64,000 nucleotides of DNA from Eledone cirrhosa (taxonomy: Eukaryota). The translations under genes and the position numbers were made by a program. Below the pieces are notes generated by a model that saw nothing but the letters and a program-made list of their open reading frames with translations, was not told where the DNA came from and did no database searches. This document shows, piece by piece, positions 1 to 15,120 of this stretch (positions are counted from its first letter, which is position 1; each line of letters opens with the position of its first letter). Location: NCBI GenBank assembly GCA_964016885.1, contig OZ024742.1, positions 49,910,001 to 49,974,000 of the forward strand. Direction: 5' to 3'.

Positions 1-92
1 ATCTTGCCTCAAGTGGGACAATTCCCATCCAGACCCATGCTAGCGTGGAAGATGGACGTTAAATGATGATGATGATGATGATGATCATGATG
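1..92 (+). mobile_element. 3' tail of RTE-type LINE or partner SINE, ending in (GAT)n
   Basis: cccatgctagcgtggaa...ttaaatgatgatgat matches the 3' end of the RTE copy at ~17730-17776. Confidence 0.7.
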
Positions 93-984
93 AAAACACA
101 GTTGCCTGAGCTGAGATACTGTAGTATTGATTTTGGTTGTAAAACAACTGTATGCTATGACCAATGGTGTTTAAATCCTTTTATATAATAGTATTAATTT
201 GATAGAAAGATGGAAAGTAGTTAAGATTATATAATTCCTTTTGGTAAATTTTGCAGAACCCCAAGTACAAATATATTGTTGTAGTTAATGTAATCTTTAC
301 TCCATAATTATACCGTGAAAATTAATGTTTTGTTAAAAATTACTTTTTGTGAATTATTATACATTCTTGGTGTAAAATATGATCATCTCATTTTTGTGGA
401 TCATTTTCTCTAAAACAATTTGCATAGAATACATATGGCATGACTAATGTACATATGGTCCTATTGACAATAATATGTGTGTGTGTATGAATTTGTCTAA
501 TTGTTCATTTAACTACTAAAATAATGATATATCTTCCTCTTTAAATTTTCCTTCTCCTCTTTCCAACTCCTCTTTCCAACACTTTATCTATCCTTCGTTT
601 CTTTTCTGTCAATTTTATACTACACAATTATAAACCATCGCTGGTGAAATTCTGAACCATCAAAAGTATACTTTCTTAATTTCTCTGCTTTACTGTTGAA
701 TTGAATAAGTGAAGCAACAGCTCATGTGAATTATAGAGACGTTAATACAGAATTCCTAACACTTGGCTGCAAAACATATTAATAACATATTGAATAAAGA
801 TTTAATCCAATTCCACCATTAGAATATACAACTTTCCTTTGATTACCAGTTCTAAATATTTCTATGCACATTCATCATTCATGACTTGGGAAACATGAAA
901 GTCACATATTCTTAATTATTTTCTGGAAATAACATTATTAATGGGACTTTCCTACTCATTAATAATCAATGTTCATTTCTCACA

Positions 985-1170
985 TTGGCACAGAGTCAGG
1001 CCTATTTGGAAAAGTACATTCAGTGGCGTTAACCCAACTATATAGCTGGTACTTATTTTATTAACTTTGGATGAATATGAGGCAAACTGAAATCTATGAG
1101 AATTTAAGGATGGTACTAAATTCTGGAAATCTTTTAGTCTGACATGTCTACCATTTCTGCAACTCAGGCA
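985..1170 (-). mobile_element. degenerate tRNA-headed Deu/Nin-type SINE
   Basis: ctggtacttattttatt...ggatgaa...ggcaaa resembles the reverse complement of the SINE core at 63320-63440. Confidence 0.55.
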
Positions 1171-1434
1171 CTTTATAAGAAATCAATATTTTCCACAGTT
1201 TGTGTTTCCAATATGTATCTGTATATTCCACTTATAAATATTTCAAGCAGAGTTAACAGAAATGTCAAAACATTAGACTAAACTATTAAGTTTTTTATTT
1301 CATCTTTTACATTCTGATTTCAAATATAAATGTGATTGACTTTTTTTCATTTTTACTTGGTTGATAAGCTAAAATAAGAATGGCTTTGATTAAATTGATC
1401 TAAAATGATTGTTTTCTGATCCTTCGATTTCAGT

Positions 1435-1640
1435 CAGTAAGGGTTGGTAGAATGTCAGATAACATGCTTTTGCAGTATATGTTTTGGCTTTTTACATTCT
1501 GCTTTCCAATTCTACTAGAGTCAACGTTTCTTTTCATCCTTCTAGGTCGAAATAAATTACCAATAAAGTGCTTGTGTTGATTTAATCAACTTTGCACTTT
1601 CTCTATATGTGTTGATCTCAGGCCTAAATTAGAAATCAAT
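1435..1640 (+). mobile_element. degenerate tRNA-headed Deu/Nin-type SINE
   Basis: ttggtagaatg head, ttttcatccttctaggtcgaaataaattacc core, gcctaaattagaaa tail. Confidence 0.6.
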
Positions 1641-1803
1641 GTATGTGTTTGAAAATATATAGTAAATTACCACTCACAAAATCACTAAATATATATTTTA
1701 GGTAGACTAAGTGTTACCCATAAATATTTACTTGTAAAAACTGTATGATAGTCATCCTCTTCTGATAAAATCCTTTTCTGACTTGTTTCTTCTTTTCTTT
1801 CAG

Positions 1804-1946
1804 GAACTCCTGATTCTGATGGAAAAGTACCAAGCATGAAAGGAAAAGCCAGTGGAAGAAGTCACCTTGCAAAAGCACAAAACATTCTATTGTGGACATG
1901 CATATTTCTGGCACTCATAAGCCACCATATTTTAAAAAATTTATGA
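1804..1946 (+). CDS. probable terminal coding exon of a GPI-anchored or C-terminally anchored cell-surface protein (upstream exons outside the window or not seen)
   Basis: Strong acceptor ttgtttcttcttttctttcag|G. Phase-1 frame gives (G)TPDSDGKVPSMKGKASGRSHLAKAQNILLWTCIFLALISHHILKNL*, stop TGA 1944-1946: small-residue cluster ASG, polar spacer, hydrophobic tail. Confidence 0.6.
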
Positions 1947-2307
1947 AAGTTCATTTTCCTGTATGTGAAGGTATGCCATCCTGTATACTGCAAGTTCAAA
2001 TTAATTTTGGAGATTCTCATTGGTCAGCTGGAACTGTAAGCATCAGAAGGTATCTTTTGAACACTTACATATACACACACACCACAGGTGTGCATACACA
2101 TATACATGCATGCAGACACACAATACAGAAATACATACATATATAAATGAGTAATGAAATCTTAATATTTGGATGGAAAATAAACAAATGATTTGTTATT
2201 TTGGTGGATGCTGGATACAGCATAATAAAAGTCAATGAGGTCTCTTGAACATTTTGAAGATTGAAAGCTACATATAATATATATATAAGATTGAGAGATT
2301 TACACAG

Positions 2308-2325
2308 TATATATATATATATATA

Positions 2326-2398
<73 letters not shown>

Positions 2399-2536
2399 GA
2401 AAACATTTCTATGGACTAACTCCATTCTTGACCTAATAGTTGGTCAGTATGACTCTGATGATAGAAATAACCTCGCCAAATTTTATGACTGAGAGCAGAA
2501 ATAAATTTTTGCACAGACACACACACACAAACACAC

Positions 2537-2596
<60 letters not shown>

Positions 2597-2629
2597 GCCA
2601 CAGGAACATAATCACACATACAAACATAC

Positions 2630-2712
<83 letters not shown>

Positions 2713-2767
2713 ATATATATATAATGTATGTTTGTATATATATATATATATAATGTATGATTGTATG

Positions 2768-2812
<45 letters not shown>
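2308..2812. repeat. cluster of (TA)n and (CA)n microsatellites
   Basis: directly visible dinucleotide tracts; source of the YI-repeat ORFs. Confidence 0.95.
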
Positions 2813-2814
<2 letters not shown>

Positions 2815-3224
2815 GCACTCAGAAACTTACCTAAAAAAGGGAATAAAAAGAAAGTAGATATACATACATATAAATAACCACGTCCATTTATATTTGTTTT
2901 GTACACATGCGTATATCGATATTGCTATCTATATCTATATGTGCACCTGTGCTCACCTCTTGTTGTAGCACGAAGGATTGTTGCTGAGTGTGAACACGAT
3001 AATTCAATAATTGGTGCATTATTCTAGAAAAGGATATAAACACAAGGAACAAAATATTGTTCTTCACACTAAATTTTAAAGAATACAACTAGAGGAACTT
3101 CAGGGGAAAAACGTTATGTTCAGTGTGCAGAATGCTAATACAATTTTCTTTGTTGATTTGAAAAAAATATTAATAATATTGTTATAGAAAAGTTTTGTAC
3201 GATTTACTAGATTAATAAATATAA

Positions 3225-3750
3225 AGATATATATAATATAGGTATATATATATAGATATATGTATATATATGTATATATATATATAAATATATATATATA
3301 ATGTATGTATATGCATATATATATGTAAATACATTATGTATACATATATGTATAAATATGTATATATATATATATATATATATGCATATATATACATATA
3401 TATATGCATATATATATATGTTCATATATATATACACATATATATATGCATATATATATATATATATACATATATATATGCATATATATATGTATATAAA
3501 AATACATATATATATGCATATATATACATATATATGCATATATATATGCATATATATATATACACATATATACATGCATATATATATATACACATATATA
3601 CATGCATATATATATACACATATATATGCATATATATATATATACATATATATATATATGCATATATATATATACATATATATATATATGCATATATATA
3701 TATATGTATATATAGAATATATAAAACATATAAATATATTTATATATAAC
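3225..3750. repeat. compound TA-rich microsatellite/minisatellite with recurring tgca and taca interruptions
   Basis: repeated atatatatgcatatatatacac-like units. Confidence 0.9.
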
Positions 3751-4132
3751 ATTTACATTTTACTAATATTTTAATACATGCATATATAAAACATGTGTGG
3801 ATACTTGGAAGGATATGCATTCAGACATTCAGAAATTAAACACTTATATATGCATAATTATAAGCCTATGTGTATGAGTATATATGTACATATGCATGTG
3901 CATGCTGTTGTGTGTGCATGTGTATTTTTGTATATATACTTTAATAAATATTTCATTTAAATGGCCAATGTGTGTTGTGTGCCTGAGAATGAATGTGCTG
4001 TTAAAGAATCTGTTTGAAATGACTACTATGGGAGCTGTTTCCAAACTTAGCACTCTTCCTTTCTTATTTGTTTCTCTCCACTCCGTATATGGATATATGA
4101 GTGTATATATACCTATTAATGTGTATGCATAA

Positions 4133-4190
<58 letters not shown>

Positions 4191-6529
4191 CTATATACAC
4201 ACACACACACCACACACACACACATATATATATTTATATATATATATATGTACATACATATATTCATTGTATAGTCTCTAGTATTATTTTAGGACAGAAG
4301 TTTTTCTATTTTTGCTAATCAGTAATAAAGTCAATTAAGGAGGGGCAAAACCTGGGACAAATTTGGAGAACTTTAGCTGCTGAAGATCTTTGCATTGTCA
4401 TTGTTATATGGTCAACCTGACCATGGTTGTCATTATTATTATTGTTATTATGTTTTGTTTTCTTTGCTGTTGCGATATATCTATATTAACATTGGAATAT
4501 TTGTATCAATTCTTTTATACACTTGTTCGGATTATCCTCTTCACAAAAGAGATTACATTATCAATGATTATAAAACAAGTGGAGAATTTGTGTGGTTAGA
4601 GGGAGGAGATGGAGATGATGATGAAAACTGAAGTAGTAGTTATGTTCATGCTGGTGTTGGTAGTGGCTGTCATTTTGATGACAGTAGAGAGTTTCATAAA
4701 TTTTGATAGATACCATTTTATACTGTCACTGAAGATGCATCAGATATCACCGACATTACAGAATTTAAAATGTGTCGTAAAACAAAAGGAAAACGCAAAT
4801 TTATTTGCAGATGGTATTTCATAAAGAAAAAAACAGTTGTTTTGCTGAGACAGACTTTTTAACATTTCTGTATGCATAGCTTCACACAATTATATTTGAA
4901 TAGGAAAGATATTTATTTATTTATTTTGCATATATATAGATTGATGGCTATATTGATCATTTTCCATAGATTCTAAAGTATCTATTTTTACAGAAATTTG
5001 ATAACTTTTGAGTTGGTTCCCATGATATATTCCAATGCACGTTTCTTCAAGGAAACATGTATGATCTTTCAATTGCTTGTTTTGGTTGTTGCTTTCATTT
5101 GAAGTTAGTATAACTTTTGAAATAGTTACCCTTTTTATTTGGAATTGCATTATATATATATATCCTCTTTTCAACCTGTATTTTAGTAGAAGTACTGAAT
5201 GTTATCTAACTATCAGATACAGTTCTCGGCATTGGTTTTCCCCATATGTACACGTATTTTATTTATTGGGTTTTGGCACTTCTTAATTGCAACTTCTCTT
5301 TTAATTAAACCAATTCCTTTTATTCTATTCATTCTCTGATCTGATTTCAACCTGATTTTGAATATATTATTATGATTATTTTTTCTTTTATTTGGAAAAG
5401 ACTTTCATACAGAACTTATTTTAGTACAATTTCAATATTCTTCACATTCTTCCACCCATAATATATTCATAGCACTTCTGTTCTCTCTATATATACTTAT
5501 ATATATGTAGAAGTACTTAAGAAATTTTGTTTGAGGTCGGGTATCATACCTTGCAGTAACATGTTGGCTATTTAGATCACACTCTAGTATTATTTTCATT
5601 TTCTAATTCTTTTTTAATACTAAAATGTAACAATTCTCTCTTTTCTTCCATTTGTGAACAGTTACTAAAGTTATGATTTACTATGGAGGTACAATGACTA
5701 TGGTGCAGTACATGATGAAATATTTTGATACAACTGTTTCTTAAAACATATATGAAGGACTGAATATACAATACATGTACTTTAAATCTACCAAGATACA
5801 GCAATATATATATAAATAAATATATATATATATATATATATATATGAAAAATAAGATCCAGCATTGAAGTTTTCACTTCCTCTCAGTCAATGCCTGACAA
5901 TTGCTTCATACAGAGAAAATATAGAAATACAAATACTGTTGCTAATTCCATATATTTCTTACATATTGTGTGAGAAAAATTTATAAAACATTTATTGTAC
6001 TTAATATCAATATATGCAGCTGTTAGCAACTGATGAATCAAGTATTTTCTACATAGTGTTTAGTGAGATGAAGAATGAAATATTTTTTTATATAATTTTT
6101 AGAAACATGATGAATGAAGATGTGTGGGGCAATTTGTTATATGGCTGTCAGCAAGTGTTCAGTTTAGGTATATGTTTAAATATCTGTTAGCAAGCGCTGA
6201 GTGAGACAATTGTTTACATCAGCTATCAAATATTATGAACAAGTTTACTGAAGATAATGTTTATATAGATTGTGAGCAACTCTTCAATGAAACAATGTTT
6301 ACATAGCATTTGCAACTTGTTCTGAATGATGTTTCTTGGAGGTTACTGATGTTTAAAGCAATCACTTAACAAACACCTATTTCAGTAAATTTCTTTTAAT
6401 TAATTCACCACTATTGCAGAATTCCTACATACATTATCTGGTGTTGTCATACACAATTTAGCCATATATTTTAACAGTTTCAATTATATTGTTGGCTTTG
6501 TGCCTAAAACAGAAACCCTTATTTTTATG

Positions 6530-6745
6530 GTTGAGGACAGTTAATTGACAGTTTCAGGCAAGAATTAGACACAATGGGGTTTGGTATTTAGATTTGACTT
6601 TCTGGATTCAAATAACGCCAAGGTCGTCTTTGTCTTTCGTCATTCCGGGTTCCATAAAATAAAGTATCTGTCAAATACTGTGGTTGATTTAATCAACATT
6701 GTCCTTCCAAAAACATTTGCTAACCTTGTGTCTAAATCATAAAAC
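6530..6745 (+). mobile_element. Deu/Nin-type SINE
   Basis: ggattcaaat B-box, aggtcgtctttgtctttcgtcattccgggttccataaaataaagta core, ccttgtgtctaaa tail. Confidence 0.65.
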
Positions 6746-7588
6746 ATTATTTTTACAACTTAAGTTTTCATTTTTGGTTGCTTTTACATGACACATATTT
6801 ATCGTTTTTATTTTTTAGTAATATTAATGAAAGTAATAATAATTACTCACATTTTTTGTAAGTATATTATTTGCCAATATTCTATACAACTTGATATCTG
6901 CTTTATCTCTACTTTCTAAAGAAACTCGTTCTTTTTGGGACTGTAAGGTAAAGGTAGTGTAAACGGCTCTCCAGCTATCAAGATTACAGAGTTATTTTTA
7001 TGTAGGGCTTTTATAATGACATTTCATTCTTTTACATTCTTATTGTAAAGAGTGAACCTGTGTATAACAGTATTGATACAAATACTTATGTGTGTATGTG
7101 GAGCTGTGGGCACAAATGTTCTTGTTAAACTTCATTATTCAGCCTTTTGCAAAAATTTATTCATTGCCCACTGGCAAATATTGACTGCCTTATTCAATGT
7201 TCCTGTCTGAGATTGTATGTTCTATGTATACAAATAATTTCTTTAATCTGACTATCCAGAGAAGGATGTCTAGTCACGTAACAACATGTTTTGTGTATTT
7301 CATTTTAGATATTATCAATGTGTCCAATTTGCTTCTTTTATCAAGGAGACACAGCTGCTTCCCATTCTGGCATAGGTGGGATTACCAGCATGGTATTACG
7401 ATTATCAATGCATAATTTACATGCGAGGGTATTGTAAAACACACTGACATATATATAGACACTTGCATATTTTGTACAACAATATTAAAAGATATAGATT
7501 TCCCACATATTCACACATGGACACACACAGAGGAATATATATATATATATATATGTTTGTGTATCTATATATATTATATATGTTTATA

Positions 7589-7652
<64 letters not shown>

Positions 7653-8772
7653 TATGGTTATATATATATATATATATATGCAGACACATACATTTGATTA
7701 GATGGAAAGTTATACTTCAAATAATAAAAATAGGTTAATATATCATGTTGAAGATTGAATGTCCTTCTACGTACCAGAAAATTGGGAGAGTTTTAGAAAC
7801 AATTATTCTACCTTCCTCAAAACTGTTCTTGAAATTTAATTAAAATGTTATTAACCATTAAACTGATAAATACATTGAAACCTACAATACTAATTAAAGT
7901 AATGTGGTAACATGTAATGAAAGAATGGTTGTATATACGTGTACACTACATAAAAGTGGGTGCAGTATAAAAAACAAGAAGTTTTCGTTGGACTCATCCA
8001 ATTCTAGGCTTGTCCTATTATGTGACATCTTCCTGTGTCCTTTTACTACAGTGTCAGCTCAACCCTAGCAATCTGAGAGGAATTTTATGGGCAAAACTTG
8101 GTCAGCAGCCCAGCAGCAGATATATTGTGCTTGTAATTCAAATGTTCAGCCACAAAGTGCAACATTGATTCTGCCAGATGATTATGTTAAGGATACAGAT
8201 ATCTGTAGAATACTCAGCCATTTGCTAATTCAATGTGTAGATATCCCTGTTGATCAAAGGACTTAATACATTCTGTCAAAAGCACTAGAGTGACGTTTAC
8301 CTCATATGTAGATATGTTAATATGTATACAAATATTCATGCATATATATATATATATATATGATTTTGTGTTGGTTTTGACAATGTGTGTTCCAGTTGTT
8401 TGATCAAGGAAATTGCATGATTATTGAATCATAGCATAAGTTGCTTATGTTTCATTAGATATTTGTTACATAGAATTAATTCTCAGACACAGTGTGTCAT
8501 TTAACTGGGTCATTGAATTATAGCTACATGCAGACACAGACAAACGTATGAAAAATGGAAACAGAAACAACAAATCAAATGATACAGTACAATGAAGAAA
8601 TATGTTACTTTAACACTTGATATTGTAGGAAAGGAGTCTTAATGATTCAGACACTAATCATTCAGCAGAAGAGATGGAATGACAAATAAATGATGTACTA
8701 GAAAGATAGAGAGTGAGAATGAAGGAACAAAAAAATGTGTATTGTAGAAAAAGCATATGTATGTTCAGCCAC

Positions 8773-8848
<76 letters not shown>

Positions 8849-9438
8849 ATATATGAGGGCTGACAGGTGTGCTTTTTCTAATTAATTTCATCTTTTATTT
8901 CTTATTCCATCTTCTAAGGTAGTACTAGTGTCTGAATCGTTTTGACTTCTTCCTCACTATATCAAGCATTAAAATAATATATTTTTCCATTGTACTGTAT
9001 TGACTGCTTTGATGTTTCTGTTTACTGTTCACTTACATATACATGTGTGTCTGTTTTTGTGTGTTTATGTGTGTTTGTAGCAAACAGTTATTCGATTAAA
9101 TATAATGATAGGCAAGTTAGATTATTACTGTATGTACATTGATTGAACAGTACGTCACATACTAGAATAATATATATCTCATATACAGTCTTTATATTAT
9201 ACATAATATACAGCAAATGCAAGAGTATCATTATGCCTATATATATCTTGGTTTTGAACCATATTTTCATAAAGATTACCTGTTATATATTATTGAATTT
9301 CTCTCTCTTTCTCAATCTATATCTGTCTGTCTTTCTCTTTGTTTATAGTGTGGTGTAAAATTAGGAAAGAGGTATGACAGGCTGATAAATAGTATAAATA
9401 TTTCCCTGTGGCACCCCGATTATATATATATATAATTG

Positions 9439-9477
<39 letters not shown>

Positions 9478-9606
9478 AGAGTGCATGTGTCTATCTGTTT
9501 TTGTGTGTGATTTGCATATTTGTTAGAATGGATTATTCTCAAGTGGAATTTTGAATGTATATTTCTAAATGTATATATACTCAAACATACACATAGCATT
9601 ATAACA

Positions 9607-9700
<94 letters not shown>

Positions 9701-11279
9701 ATGTATATGTACATAAATACACTACACATATGTACATATCTAAATATGTATGTATTCATGTTCAGAATTGTGTTTTCAGATTTTTTCTGTTAAATCTATG
9801 AACTGAAAATTTCATCTTAAAGTTAATTAATTGCAATCATTAGATGGGAAAGGAATTAATGAATGAATATAATGCTGTGAAGACATCCAAATTGTAGAGA
9901 AGACAGAAGTAATAGAACATGAAACATCAAGGATTTCATGAACAGCATGAACAGGAACAAAACTGTTAGCAGTAATAAAAAAAGAACAAAAAAAATTCAA
10001 ATTAAATACCAACACACATAAAAATATTCTCTATATAAATGACAGTAATTTCACATTTTAGACACTCCTGGTTAAATAAGTGACTGTGGTTATAATTATA
10101 AATATATTGAAAATATATATATATTTTTTTCTATCATCAAATTATGAGTGAATGATGAGAAAGATAAAAAGAGGAAAATAAAACATTTAATAACATTTTA
10201 CAGGAAAAAGAAGAAAAATAAAGACAATTTTATTCATTAATGTTTTTCTTCTTTCGAACTGAAAAAGATGATAAAAAAATTATAAATTTCTTAGAATGTG
10301 AAAACAGGAATGTGAAAACAGAAATTTTTAAATGAATGTTTTGAAGAAAAAAAAAAAAACTAGAAATTTCAAAAATTTGTAAAATGAATTTAAAAAAGAA
10401 ATGAATTACTAAAAAAAAAGAAAAACAAAGCTCAATTAATCAAAATACTGTCCGTGCCTTCAGCAAAGTTTTGATGTTTTCAAATAATAATAATAATAAT
10501 AATAAAAATAACAACAACTAAAATACAGTTACAATTTCATACACATTCATACTCTTGCATACAGAATAACACATTTTTATACAATGAGAAAAACGATAAC
10601 AGATATATACATACACATTTAGAAATAAACAATAATCTACAAAAGCACTTCTATGTATATATATACAAATCTTCACAGACGTGTATACAACATTATGGAT
10701 GTACATGTTCAAATCTATTAGCTTCTGATTCATTAGAAATAAAAACAACAATAACAAAACTAAAAACAAAATTAAATACATATTCAAACAATGAGATGAC
10801 TATAGATCATGTCACAATTTCTAGATAACAATGTTTTGTGGTAACTTTAGAGTTAGAGGCCTATTACTTCAGTTAATGTTATGCAACATATTAAACTGAA
10901 AATCAAAAAACGCCATGTGCTACTCAAACAATATTTCTGTCTCATAAGCACACTTTATCTCCCTTAGAAACACACACAAGCACAAACACACACATATACT
11001 ATTTACAGCCCCCTCGCACACACAGGCAAAGTAGACACTCAGAACAATAACAATAATTATTGCTACATAAAGCAGCCAAATAATGAAATTATGAGTATAT
11101 TATAACAATGATGATGATGATAATAATAGTATTAATAACAATAATAAAACAGAAATACTAATACCAAATGAAATTGTCTAAACGAAAATTGAAGAAAAAA
11201 GTTATTCTTATAATTTTATATAGCTACTATTTTGTGTAGCAAAAGTACAAAGCCGTTTTTAGTAGAAAGAAATGAAGGA

Positions 11280-11327
<48 letters not shown>

Positions 11328-11889
11328 TTACAACAGAATATGTATCAATTAAAAAACAAAAACAGTTAAAGAATTTGTAAGCCCCTCCATCCATTTAGCC
11401 ATAGTTTCATAACATGTCCATACACGCCTTCCTACAAAATGTGCTTGTAGTTGAAACATTGCAAAAGGAAACAATTGAAAATTAATAACCAATAAAGAAA
11501 ACATCAAACACATATGTTTATTCCAGTAATAGAATGGAATTTATTACGAGAAAATGAATTCACGAGTAATTTGGCAAGAATTTGCATTAATATTTATTTT
11601 GTGTCTCTTTCTTTAATAAACAGCTTTTCATTTATATACATTCAATTTATTGAGCATACAATCATATATATATATACATGCATATATATAATTACAATTT
11701 CATTATTAATATTATTTCTCTAATCATCATTATTATTATTATTGTCATCATTATTATTATTATTATCATTCTCGTATCAGGAAGTTTTCTCTTTTAACAA
11801 ATAGTTTGATCCTCCATGACTCATGGCTAAAATGTGCATCTAGTTTAATATAATGCATATACTTAAATACAAACACACACATACATAAA

Positions 11890-11950
<61 letters not shown>

Positions 11951-11998
11951 ATATAATATAATATACACACATGCATATGAATGTATGTATGTATATCA

Positions 11999-12039
<41 letters not shown>

Positions 12040-12148
12040 CAGACACACACACACACATATATGAATGCAACAGCATATACATATTACATAATTGTTTTGC
12101 TCAAAATACACATATAGCTAACCCAAAATATATATCCTTACTATATAA

Positions 12149-12191
<43 letters not shown>

Positions 12192-13116
12192 CATTATTAT
12201 TGTTATTATTATTATTATTATTATGAAGCAATTTTGTATTTGATGCCTAGTCTAGTAAATATATCGATGCCATACATATGTTGTATCTTTTAGGTACTAG
12301 GCACAAACACATTTTTTATAGTTTATATCAATCAGTCTATTATACAAACTAATTAGCTTGTATTATTTTTATGATTTTCCATCATCATTATCATTATTTT
12401 ATAATAATTCTTCTTATTATTTGCCATATTCATTTAATAAAGTTTTCTTTTATTTTTTAATCCTTTTCAGTTTACTGACTTCAACTGACATTGCGTTCTT
12501 TTCTTATTTTGTAATAACACTTACTATTTTACGTTACGTAAATTGTCAAAATAAAAAATATATATACAAAAAAAGAAACAAGGAAAAAAAGTTGTTTTCC
12601 AAAAAAAAAAAACATACCACAGAAAAGTTTATAATTTGTGTCAATTTTTTGTTCAATTAACTATTTGCAAACTCCAATATAAATAAACAATATAATTATT
12701 AAAATAACTGGAGATTCCATTCTTGTTTTCCTTTTTATTACAAAAAATAATAGTCATGATTTTTCTTCTGTTTTTCCCTCCACTTTCTTTCAAATTACAC
12801 ACAGTAGTTGTGGAAGTTGAAAGCAATTCTACATTCATTGACAAAAGGTTTGCATTGTAATCATTTTGTATTTATTTTTAAATTTTAATCTCCCCATCCA
12901 CCCCACTTATTTTCTCATTTTCACACCTCCATTGAAAGGTGTAGACAAAACAGCCCCACCCCCAAATTTTGAATCAGCAGGTTTTACAAGGAATATATTT
13001 CAATTAGAACAAAATGAAACTTTAAACAGCTAATTTGGATTATGGAAACTAGATTTGTATTTGATCCACTAAACCGTATACTGCTAGATATATACAGACA
13101 TGCATGTATGCTTATA

Positions 13117-13380
13117 TATATAAGGAAAATTATAAAAAAGTTTTTGAAGCGCGCACCTGGTATATATATATAATGGATATTTGTAACATGTACAAAAATA
13201 GATGTTAGCAAAGCCTGCTTTCTCTGGAGAAAACAAGCATGGCTAACATCAATTTTTGTACATGTTATAAAGATCCTTTATATATAGCAGGTGCACTTTT
13301 CAAACCCATTTTTCATCGTTTTCCTTATATAACGTGATCTGTATAGAACATCTTCTAACGTCCACACTTTATTTCACTAT
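13117..13380. mobile_element. palindromic MITE-like foldback element, possibly Tc1/mariner type
   Basis: ~105-bp imperfect arms meeting at tttctc-tg-gagaaa (13225-13226); ends ttcactata in TA; related half copy at 29385-29545. Confidence 0.6.
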
Positions 13381-13464
13381 ATATATATATTTATATATAT
13401 ATATAGATATATAAACCAAAATATACACAACAAATATATATGCAAAATGCATCATATATAATGT

Positions 13465-13517
<53 letters not shown>

Positions 13518-13984
13518 ATAGGTGTGTGTGTGTGTTTAATTTTATCCATGCATACAAAAATGCATATTTTTGTTTCATATAATTAAACACATACCTGCCT
13601 CTCCTGTAATGTAAAACTATATAGCCTATTCATGTGAAGATAAAGAAGAATTATGAAATTAATCATGATGATGATCTAAGTGACATAAATTACATATGAC
13701 TTTTATTTAACAAGACAAAAAAGAGAAAGTTATGCATCTCCACATAACATCTTCACAGAATGTTAATCTTCTTAAGAGTAATATGTTTACTGCGCATGGT
13801 TTACTTAAACAATTTCAATTTTGATATATTTTAAGACTATTTGAAAATAAAAATGAAAATTAGGTTCATGAATAAACAAATAAAAGCCAATTCTAAAATA
13901 TCATGTGTTTCTTTTATTTGTTCCTTATACTTTCTTTACCATTTCTCTTTGGTTTGTTCCTCTCTCTCTCTCTCTATATATATA

Positions 13985-15114
13985 TATATTTCTAAGGCAG
14001 GTAAAATTCCCGAGATCCATGGACGAGTTCTCTCCAGTGGTCTCTGTCCTTCATTATCGCTGCCATGTCCTGCATCTCCAACATACCAGTGTCTGTCCTT
14101 AGGGCATCAACATATGTTAACCTTGGTCTTCCTCTTCCAGTGTGTCCATGTAGGGGCCCCACAGGAGCACTGAGTGCAATATCAACTCTGGATGTCGCTG
14201 AGCATGTCCAGCTAACCTCAGTCTCTTCTGTGTCACTTTTGAACTGACTTTTGGGAGGCTCCCATACAGCTCTGAGTTTTTCATCCACAGTGTATACTGA
14301 TTAATGTTCAGAGCCATCCTCAGCATTCTCGTGTTGCACCCATCCACCATCTGAGTGAGTTTCTTGGTCAGTGTCCAAGTCTCAGATGCTGAGGAGGATA
14401 TTAGAGGGAGCTATAACAAAGTGCCATCTTGTGGTCATGGTTTTCATTGACTTTAGGAAGGCCTTTGATTCTGTGGACCATCACTGCCTGATGAAGATCT
14501 TACAGGCTTATGGATTCCCCAAAAAGATAGTGAACCTGATATCACTGCTCTACACCAACACCAAAGCCCAAGTCATTACACCTGATGGGATGACAGAGTT
14601 CTTTGAGTTACTGGCTGGAGTGATCCAGGGAGATACATTGGCTCCCTAACTTTTTATCATCGTGGTGGACTATTTTGTGCGCCTTGCACTGGAGAAACAC
14701 CAGGACTCTGGCTTTACTCTAGCACTGGATCAGAGCAGGAGAGTTAAGGCGAAAAAGATATCAGATGCAAAATTTGCCGACGACATAGTTTTGGTGACAA
14801 ATAGAGTGGAGGAGGCAGAGGATTTGATGCAAGAGGTTGAGACTGTGTCGATGAGTGTGGGGCTGAGAATGAATGAGACTAAAACAAAATATCTGGTAGA
14901 GAATGTTGCGAAGCCAGAGGGGATCACTAATGTAGGCAGGGAGCCGCTAGAATTGGTTGAGGACTTCCTGTATTTGGGAGCAAAGTTTGGATACGGCTGA
15001 TGATGTGGTTGAGAGGAATAGCAAAGACTGGGCGGCGTGCCACAGCTTGAGATCGGTGTGGAAACCGGACCTTCGTAAAGACCTGAAAGTCCACCTCTTC
15101 ATTGCTGTAGTGGA

Positions 15115-15120
<6 letters not shown>
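13985..15120 (-). mobile_element. RTE-clade LINE fragment with inverted 5' part
   Basis: Minus 14385-13992 encodes the C-terminus (ETWTLTKKL...RLRLAGH...GRGRPRLTY...DRDHWR). Plus 14386-15120 encodes the RT core (FIDFRKAFDSV, GVIQGDTLAP, FADD, FLYLG) ending at AVVES. Confidence 0.9.

Noticed and set aside
1714-2146. ORF-track entries 1714-1914 (-) and 1892-2146 (+)
   Set aside because: Shadow frames; the splice-supported frame 1804-1946 explains the region better
2065-4267. Many overlapping YI/HT/CV-repeat ORFs here and across the window
   Set aside because: Translations of (TA)n, (CA)n and (GA)n tracts, which lack stop codons; no coding signal
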